64,000 nt of DNA from the human T2T-CHM13v2.0 reference genome, Homo sapiens. This document shows positions 55,864 through 64,000 of this stretch, one piece after another (the stretch's first letter is position 1; the number at the start of each line of letters is the position of its first letter). A program made the translations under genes and the position numbers. The stretch is from the NCBI RefSeq assembly GCF_009914755.1, contig NC_060933.1. The stretch is one strand, 5' to 3'. The notes beneath the pieces were generated by a model that saw nothing but the letters and a program-made list of their open reading frames with translations, was not told the DNA's origin and ran no database searches.

Positions 55864-58343
55864 CACTATTCTGATTTACATTGGACAGAGGAGGAGTGAG
55901 GATGTCCAGAAGTTGGGAAGATGCACATAGTGGGTGAGGGCAGCAGTGTGGGAGCCCGAACACTGGGAGGCCCAGGCCTCTGCCCACCTCCTACCCACTG
56001 ACTCCCATCCCCGCTCTCCCAGTTTGCAGATAAAGGTGCAGGCCCAGGGCTGTGGCCAGCAGCTGCCCGCCATCTCCCAGGGCAGGTAAGTCTTTGGGAA
56101 GCTACAGTTCCGACGCCAGGCACAGGTTGGGAGATTCACAAATGTGCCTGCTGTAGCACAGGCTGCTCAAGGGTAGCACGAACTGAATTCACTAGAAAGT
56201 GTCCTCTTCAGAGGCGGCGGGAGCCATGCGCCACAGCCCTGCTGGGCGTCTGGCTCACAGGCAAGGCACCTAATTAGTTTTTCCATTGCTGGTCGGCAAT
56301 CTGGCCAAACTCAGCCTCTTTTTCAAAAAGTCCAGTATAAAGCATATATTCTCTTCCACTGCCAAGTGCTGGCAGCTTTTTCCAGCGCTGATGCAATCAC
56401 TTGATTTCTTCAATTTCCCACCACCAATTACAGAAATATTTTAATAAAGGAAACAGAGCTGATGAACTCGCCATGTTTTCCCTCCTGTCCTCCCCAAGTC
56501 CTCCACTGCTGGTTTTGGAATTCCTCTGGGTGGCTGTGGAGCACAGGAGAACTTCACCTACAGTGATCTTCCGTCTTGTCAAAGCACTCCACCTTCAATA
56601 TTTTTTTGTTTTACATTTTTCAACAACAAAGTTGTTTTTTTGCTCAGCATCCAAGACTTGGAAAAAACAGGCCTGGGGCAAAAAAAAAAAAAAAATCTGC
56701 TATTAACTAATTTAAATCCACTCTGTGGCAGCCGAGGTTCGGTCCCATTGTGCGGCAAAGCTAATGAGATTCCGCTGGGAGATAAAAGCCGCCCTCCCCC
56801 TTGGCGGAGGCCAGGAAGGGCACTAATGCTCCCAAGGAGAGGGAGGCGATTCACCCACCAGTGAGTGCAGGTTTGAAAAAAGGCTTGTAAAAACATCAAA
56901 GGGATGCGAGCCCAAGGAAAGGGAGGGAGGAGAAGGCAGGAGGGTAGCAATAAACCAGTGAGGCAGGGGTCCCTGAAGCAAGAGGAATGCGGGGATGGGG
57001 AGACAGGCCTCACAAAGAGGGGCAGAGGGTGATGCAGGGAGGGGTTTCACTGGGAGGCGCCTGGTTCACCCCAAGGCAGAGAAGTCTCAGATGCCTCATT
57101 TGGGGTGTGTCCCGTCTCAATGGTGACCTGCAGTGATTTACTTTGAGAAGGGTGACATCTCCATTGCCTGCCAACAGATCCAGTCCACTTGATCAATGTT
57201 CCTTTCAGTTTTCCCTACCCTCTCTCAGCATATCCAAACCCAGGAGAGAATGGAGCTTAGGGAGGGAGTAGGGACTCTTTCAAGAGACCTTGAAACAGCT
57301 GCCAGTCAACGTGCTGGAAAAGGAGATGCCAGTCAAAACAGTCTCCCAAAGCTCCTCTGCCATATTGTGTGCATGGAGCTCCTGACAGCCCCCCTCCTAC
57401 AATCAGAGCTGGAGGGTGCTTTGGAGATCATGAGTTATTTTAGCTAAACCCAGAGTGGCACTGCTTGCAATAACAGCAACAACCCACATCGCCATTTACT
57501 GAGCACTAATCCTGTGCAAGAGCTGGTCTACGCTGCACAGCTCAGGGTGTGTGGCTCCTCCAACAGGAGCCCAGCCTCTGGATCTGTCCCTTGTGAGCTG
57601 TGTGACCTTGGGCGAGGATTAAATGGGCCGATGCAGGGACAGTGCACTGACATACAGACCTCAAGTGTACGACGCATGGCAAGCGCCCGCCAAATGTGTC
57701 CCCTCGTGGTTTTAGCCCGCTGAATCCCCACGATGACCTTATGACAGAGGTACTCTCACGTTTGGGACTTCTAAGTCAGGGGGCTAAGTCACAGGGAGGT
57801 TAAGTGACTTGCCCAAGCCAAGGAGCTGCTAGGTGGCACAGCAGGAGTTTGTTCCGACCTTCTGAACCCCAGCTTGAGTGCCCAGACTCTATGCCCCAAG
57901 CCTCATGGGCCCCCCACTCCAGGCCTCTTGGGGTGGACAGGGGTTGTGGGGGGATGAAGAAAAGTGCCATTTCCAGGCCCTCTCCTCCCCAGAAGGGACT
58001 GGACCTCAGCACTTTGAGGGTGGAGATGGGATTGGATAACAAGTCTCCTCACTTACACCCCAGTTCCTGTCACTTATACAATGTTCCTTCCACCTCTCAG
58101 CCAGAAGCTTCAACCTGTCTGGCTCCCTGCTATGTGCTGGCCCCAACCCTCCAAACGGTCTGACAGAGACACCGGTGGGCCCTCAAGAAGACCTCCAGAT
58201 TGAATGAGTCTCCCTGCTGTGGACAAAGAAGGGGAAATCGGGCAAATACAAGGCGGCTGCATCAGGTGGGCATGCCCACACATTCATCGAGGGAATGAAA
58301 AAGTGTAGTGTGAGAAAAGGTGCAGGGCGGGGAGAGTGGGATG

Positions 58344-58495
58344 GTCCTACTGTGGACCCCAGATTCAGTGTGCATCCTACTGTGTGCCCGGGATTCAGTG
58401 TGCATCCTACTGTGAGCCCTGGATCCAGGTGTGCGTCCTGCTGTACGCCCCGGATTCGGTGCTCACCCTACCATACACCCCACATTCGGTATGCA
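58344..58495. repeat. ~30-bp degenerate minisatellite, ~5 units
   Basis: tcctactgtg..ccc.ggattcagtgtgca with period 30-31. Confidence 0.8.
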
Positions 58496-58778
58496 GCACC
58501 CACACGCTTTTTCCTACTCAGGCCCTCTCCTGCGGTGGGGGCAAAGATAACAGGTTTAGGCCTAGCAAGATGATTTCTCACTTAAGCTTAACTCCCAGAT
58601 TCCAGGTTTTATGTTGACCAGATAGAGGTTTGTTCTGTAGCAGTAAGGGAAGAATAAAGGACACTGTAATGACACAGAAAGGACTGGGGAGAAAAACCCT
58701 CTTAATACACTATTGTCCTCAGCAGTTTCCTCTTTAAAAAGCAAGGGCCTGTTGGGCTCCTTGAAGGGGAAAAGTTAA

Positions 58779-59112
<334 letters not shown>

Positions 59113-62100
59113 AACCTTGCACCTCTTTCCTATCTTTTTTCCTCCGAATTTTCTGAATACTTTCAACTTGGGGTATTTGATTTGATTTAAATGGAAACTT
59201 ACAGTTCCTGCCAGGCGTTCTAAAACAGGGGCCCTTGTATTTCTCAGTGATCCAGGGATTGTCCTCAGGGGCTCCCGAGTGCCCAAAGGTCATGGGCATC
59301 ATCTGGCCCCAGGGGGCATGCTCCTGGGCCGGAGTGGAGGCTGGCGACGCAGCATGCAGGTGAGGAACAGACGCTGGAGGCTGACTGCTGGGAACCGCCT
59401 TCCAGCTCCTGGCTGGTGGACCAGGCTGGGGACCAGGACCCAGGAGTTCACAGGCTCCCTGAGATGATTTTGGGTGCAGGTTCAAGGGCCGCTGCGGGCC
59501 ACTGCCTGCTTCCCACCACCAGGGGACAGGACTGTGGCCGAGCAGCGCCTGGGGGAGCTGAGCTTGAACAGAGACGCTCTTCCTAACGCACCTGCTGAGG
59601 GCATTATCTGCCAGCACACAGCCCCCGAGGCCAAGCTAGAAGAGCGGGCGCCTCTACTATTCGGAGTATTTCCTCACAAGATTAGTAAACAGGGAAAGTT
59701 AAGTACTCAAGTGTTTAGAAGTTGCTTATTTAAAAGAGAAGCCTGGTAGGGACCCAGACTGTGGCTTCCCTCCAGCCAATATCGGCTTCTACGTACTGTG
59801 AAGAGAAGATTCTCTTAGATCTGGGTGAAAGTGACAAAAAGGCAGACAGAGGGGAACCGTAAGGAGACCGGGGTTTGACCCTAGCTTAGTGGCGAATGGC
59901 CTGGGGGGCCTCTTCCCTGCTGGCCCTCGGTAGAAGAGCGTGGGGAGGCTGGGGTGGGGCTGGGTGATTCTGCAGGCCCCTCTAGGTCTAGGTTTTCAGC
60001 AGATGCTGCTGCAGAGCCTGAGCTGTCCTAGTTATCTCCTGGCAGCATGTGCACACTGTGCCCTGAAGTTCCTGCCCCAATCCAGGAACCCACCTGCTGC
60101 CCTGATGCGATGGCACCCTCAGGTGGGCCTCAGATTCCAGGCCAGTTCAAAGAGCTTGAGGATTCAGCTTGGAACCAGGGAGGCCACCTGCACAGCACTG
60201 TCCTCTGTGTGGGAAGCCTCTGTGCCGCTCAGCCAGACTTTGGAGCACTCAAGTAGCAGGCAGCAAAGCCAAACGTGTGCTAGGCACAGGTGCCCAGGCA
60301 GTTCCCACGATGCAGAGATCAGAATGGACTTTCATTGGGTAGATGTATTTTAATGTTACACAAGGAGATCAGCCCAAGAGTTTGGGTCTCTACTAAGAGT
60401 TTTGCCAAGGACAGACCCACCAGTAAGGAGAGGGACAGTAGGAATCTCTTGGAAGGAGAAAACTCTTTGTGGGTCCTGTGGGCAAAGACATGAACCAAGT
60501 GTGTTAAATGTTTAAAGAGACAGCAATCCCTGCCAGCAGTGTTGCTCTAAGGATGTGTGCTGGTTCGATGAAGAATATTTAAAACAGTCCCAGAAGTACT
60601 CATTCCATGAAAAGAGGAGCCATCATTATTTCGAAACTGGAATGCTATGAAGTCAGCCCTGACAGTGATGTTAGGGGGCGATGGGGAGTGCGCAGAGACG
60701 AGCTTCTCAAATGGGGATGAAAGTACAGTAGAGCGGAAGCAGGGGATTTATTTTTTATTATGCAGCTCTCGTCTCTAATCTGTACCTCGGATTTGTATGC
60801 CACAGGTTCAGCGGGCCTAGCAGCCTGGAGAGGAAACATCGAAGCCCACAGGGACTTGGGATTACTTGGATGGGATCAATATTTCCTCCTCTGCTTAATG
60901 AAGGAGCCATTTGCATGGGCTCTGAAGGGCTTATAACTGTCCACCAGAGCCAGGCATGCTGCTCTGGGATGAGACCAGAGGCAAGGCTGCCTGAGCTGGA
61001 ACTGGAGAGGTGAAGGCAGACATTGCTGCTCCATCTTGTCCGAAATCCCTGCTGACACTTTAGAGATCAAGCTCTGTGTCTGAGAGGGGCGAGCCTGTGG
61101 ATGTACTCAGCAAGATCTCTGGCACACACCAGGGCCTCTACATATCAGATGTGGTTTGGTTTGGGGGTTCCAACCTTATCCTCTTTAAAGTCCCAGCCAG
61201 GGTGCCACTGACGCCTGAAAGGGAAGCCCCCAACTCCCTGGACCCTTGAGTGCAGACTGGCTGCAGACAGCCTTTAGGGGTGATGTACCCCCGCTGGCCA
61301 CTCCACAGCCACCTACAGGATCCTTCTGAAAGCCCTGGTGGAGCAAAGGAGGCCTTGCGGACCTGGGTCTCAGCCGCATTTCCCTTCAGCCCCCACCTTC
61401 CATGGCAGCAATGCCGGCTCCTGGAGGAATCCGCCTCCCGCCCCAACACGTTTTCCTGGCGCACGTCTGTGCTCAAGTGGCCCCTCTGCCTGGAATGTTC
61501 CTGTCAGGCTAAGCCCTTCTCACCCCTCAGGACTCAGCTCAGGGTCTTCCCCATCCCAGCCTTGCCTGTACTCTCAGCAGCATCCTCTGCACACCCCCGC
61601 CGGGCACTTGCCAGACCTATGACCAGATGCCCCTGTCCCCCAAGCTGTGCTCTCCTTGAGGCCACACCTGCCACATCTCCATCCTCCCTGGGCCTAGCTC
61701 AGGGCCTCCGAGAGGACTGTGGCTCAGCACTGGGTACGGCTCACCTTGCAGGAGCCTGAGTGAATGGGAGAGAAAGTGGACAGGAGTGTATGTATTGATT
61801 TTCAGCCACTGGGGAAAGGGGAGCGGAGTGAGAGGGAAGGGATGGGGTGGAGAAGCAGAGGTGGACACTGCCTGGAAGGTGGGGCCTGGGCAAACAGGGA
61901 AACCCCAGGATAGACACGAGGGAACTTTCCAGGGTCCTGACCGCCTTCGGCGTCTGCCGAAGGCCCTGTGCGTAGCTGCGAGGAGACGCGCTGGGTCTTT
62001 GACCTTTCTCAGGATTAAGGAATTAAGGCTTTTCATTTAGATGAAAAGAAAAAAGTTCAGTGCTTTCCAGATGGTAAAACGTCAGTTTCTGTCACTGGCT

Positions 62101-62967
62101 GCCAGGAGAGTCCAAGCCCAAAGACACCTGAATTGTTCTGCACCCACTTGGTGTGATATTATTTTCTGTAGGAACGGCCCTGCAGTCAGAGAAACATCCA
62201 AAGACATCTGGGCTCCCAGGAAAACACAGACAATACCACCTACTTCTCCATCAAACTTGAGGCAATGACTGGAGAAGAATGCAGACTGCAGAGCTGGGAG
62301 AGAGACCCCGCCAAGAGGCAGCTCAGCCGCCAAGGTGCCAGGCGCCCCAGCCACCCCTGCTCAGTGGGGGAAACGGGAAATTGGGGCACAACATCTCAAT
62401 CTCGGGTGCCTTCTGGAGATCACTGGTTGCGCCACTGGCCCTCCCAGGACCCTAGGGACTGATCCAGTTCCTGGACCCAGGATCCTGCCTACATCAGCAT
62501 ATCAGGGCTGCCCACAGGGCACTGCTGCGCGGCTGTAACTGTGGTGTCTTACAGGATCTTCAGCTCACTTTGTGACCAGAAGAGCAGATAACATGCCTGA
62601 AAAAATGAGAAGGCAGACAATGCTTTGGTGGGAATGGGTAGGTCTGTCATAGCAGCTGGGTCTTGGGTTGACTTTACACACGACAGCTGGGCACAAACCC
62701 AGGTCTGTCTGACTCCAGCCTATACCCTGAGCCACCGTGTCCACTGTGGAGATATGGGAAGCACAGATGGAAGGGGTGGTCACTGAGGAAGAGGCCTGCG
62801 GGAGGAAGCCTGCCCACAGGGGATGGAGGGAGAACTTTCTCAGGACAAGAGAGTGTCACCATTGACAGGCACTTCAGAGAAGTTGACCAGGTGGTAGACA
62901 AGACATTCACCTTACACTTCATACCTACGAATTCAACTTCACACCAAGTCTGTGGGGCAGCTACTCT

Positions 62968-63195
62968 CATGGCTCACTGCAGCCTTAACCTCCCACACCC
63001 AAACCATCCTCCCACCTCAGCCTCCTGAGTAGCTGGGACCACAGGCACATGCCACCACACCCAGCTAATTTTTATTTTTTTGGGGAGATGGGGTTTTGCC
63101 ATGTTGCCCAGGCTTGTCTCAAACTCCTAGGATCATGATCCTCTGCCTCGGCCTCCCAGAGTGCTGGGATTACAGGCATGACCCACGCGCCCAGC
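62968..63195 (-). mobile_element. Alu (AluJ-like), truncated
   Basis: atggctcactgcagcc...gtgctgggattacaggcatga. Confidence 0.88.
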
Positions 63196-64000
63196 TGCGT
63201 CTCTGTTTTACAGATGAGGAAACTGAGGCAAGTGAATCCACACAGGAAACAGTAGGGGAGCCGGGACCTGATGACACGGCGAATGGCTCTTAGCCACTCT
63301 GCTATGTGGTCTCTCTCTGGGATGGTCGCTGTGGGGAATGTGGTGGGAGGTCAGCCTGGGCTTAGAGAGCGGATGGGTGGGGGCCGTCCTGCCATGCTGG
63401 CAGCCCATGCATGGAGTTTACAGCCCTATGGGCTGAGGACGGAGACCTGGGGAATGGGAAGGTGGGCAGTCTTTCCAGAAGCAGTTTTCAGATTTTGACC
63501 TGAGTACACTGCAGCCCGCACAACCCTTCAGGAAGAAACAAGCTATACAGATGACAGATGACTACTCTGTGACTCCTCTAATGGCAGAAAGCCACAGACC
63601 ACTTCCAGGGCAACGCAGCGTGCCCTCAGAAAGTCAACAGGATGGCCCAGGCTTTCCTGGTTCAATTTTAGCCATAAAACTGGGTTCATGTGAGCTCCTG
63701 GGCCATGCTCACACTCAGCAGGGGCTGAGGGAGCCTTGTGCAGGAAAGGTACTGGGGCGGCGTAAGAGGAGAACAAATGATCAAATCTGTCCTGAGTTTA
63801 GTTTAGATGCTTATGAATATTCAAACAAGACCATTAAGAGAGAAGGTGGCGGTAAAAGGGTTTTCGACTGTTGGATTAAGCCTAACGACCCTCCCTGCGG
63901 CTCTCAGCTCCCAGAGCCCCGCGCCGATGCTTCTGCTTGGCGACCTGGTCAATACAGTCCAGCTGTCAGCTGAGGGAAGGGCTGCCCTCAGGGATGCCCT

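Overview
This is human (or closely related primate) genomic DNA: GC-rich and repeat-dense, with about 31 Alu copies or fragments plus old L1M, MaLR/ERVL/ERV1 LTRs, hAT DNA transposons and MIRs. The only protein-coding sequence I can support is the 3' end of MED27 (Mediator subunit 27) on the minus strand. It comprises the 78-nt penultimate exon (50428-50351, VTDHATTALLHYQLPQMPDVVVRSFM), the terminal coding segment (47972-47838, TWLRSYIKLFQAPCQRCGKFLQDGLPPTWRDFRTLEAFHDTCRQ*), a ~430-nt 3'UTR and an AATAAA signal at 47431-47426. The supplied ORF track misses both exons. From recall this places the window at chr9q34.13: 1-47400 is intergenic DNA downstream of MED27 (towards RAPGEF1) and 50429-64000 is MED27 intron. 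I found no convincing new gene, RNA gene, CRISPR array or undescribed coding system. The most interesting signals are cis-regulatory or structural hypotheses: (1) an LTR-associated 42-bp tandem repeat carrying 8 perfect AP-1 sites; (2) several repeat-free islands dense in homeodomain-type motifs; (3) a duplicated CTCF-like motif; (4) a candidate Alu poison exon in MED27; (5) many short local tandem duplications. Repeat subfamily names and boundaries were assigned by eye and are approximate.
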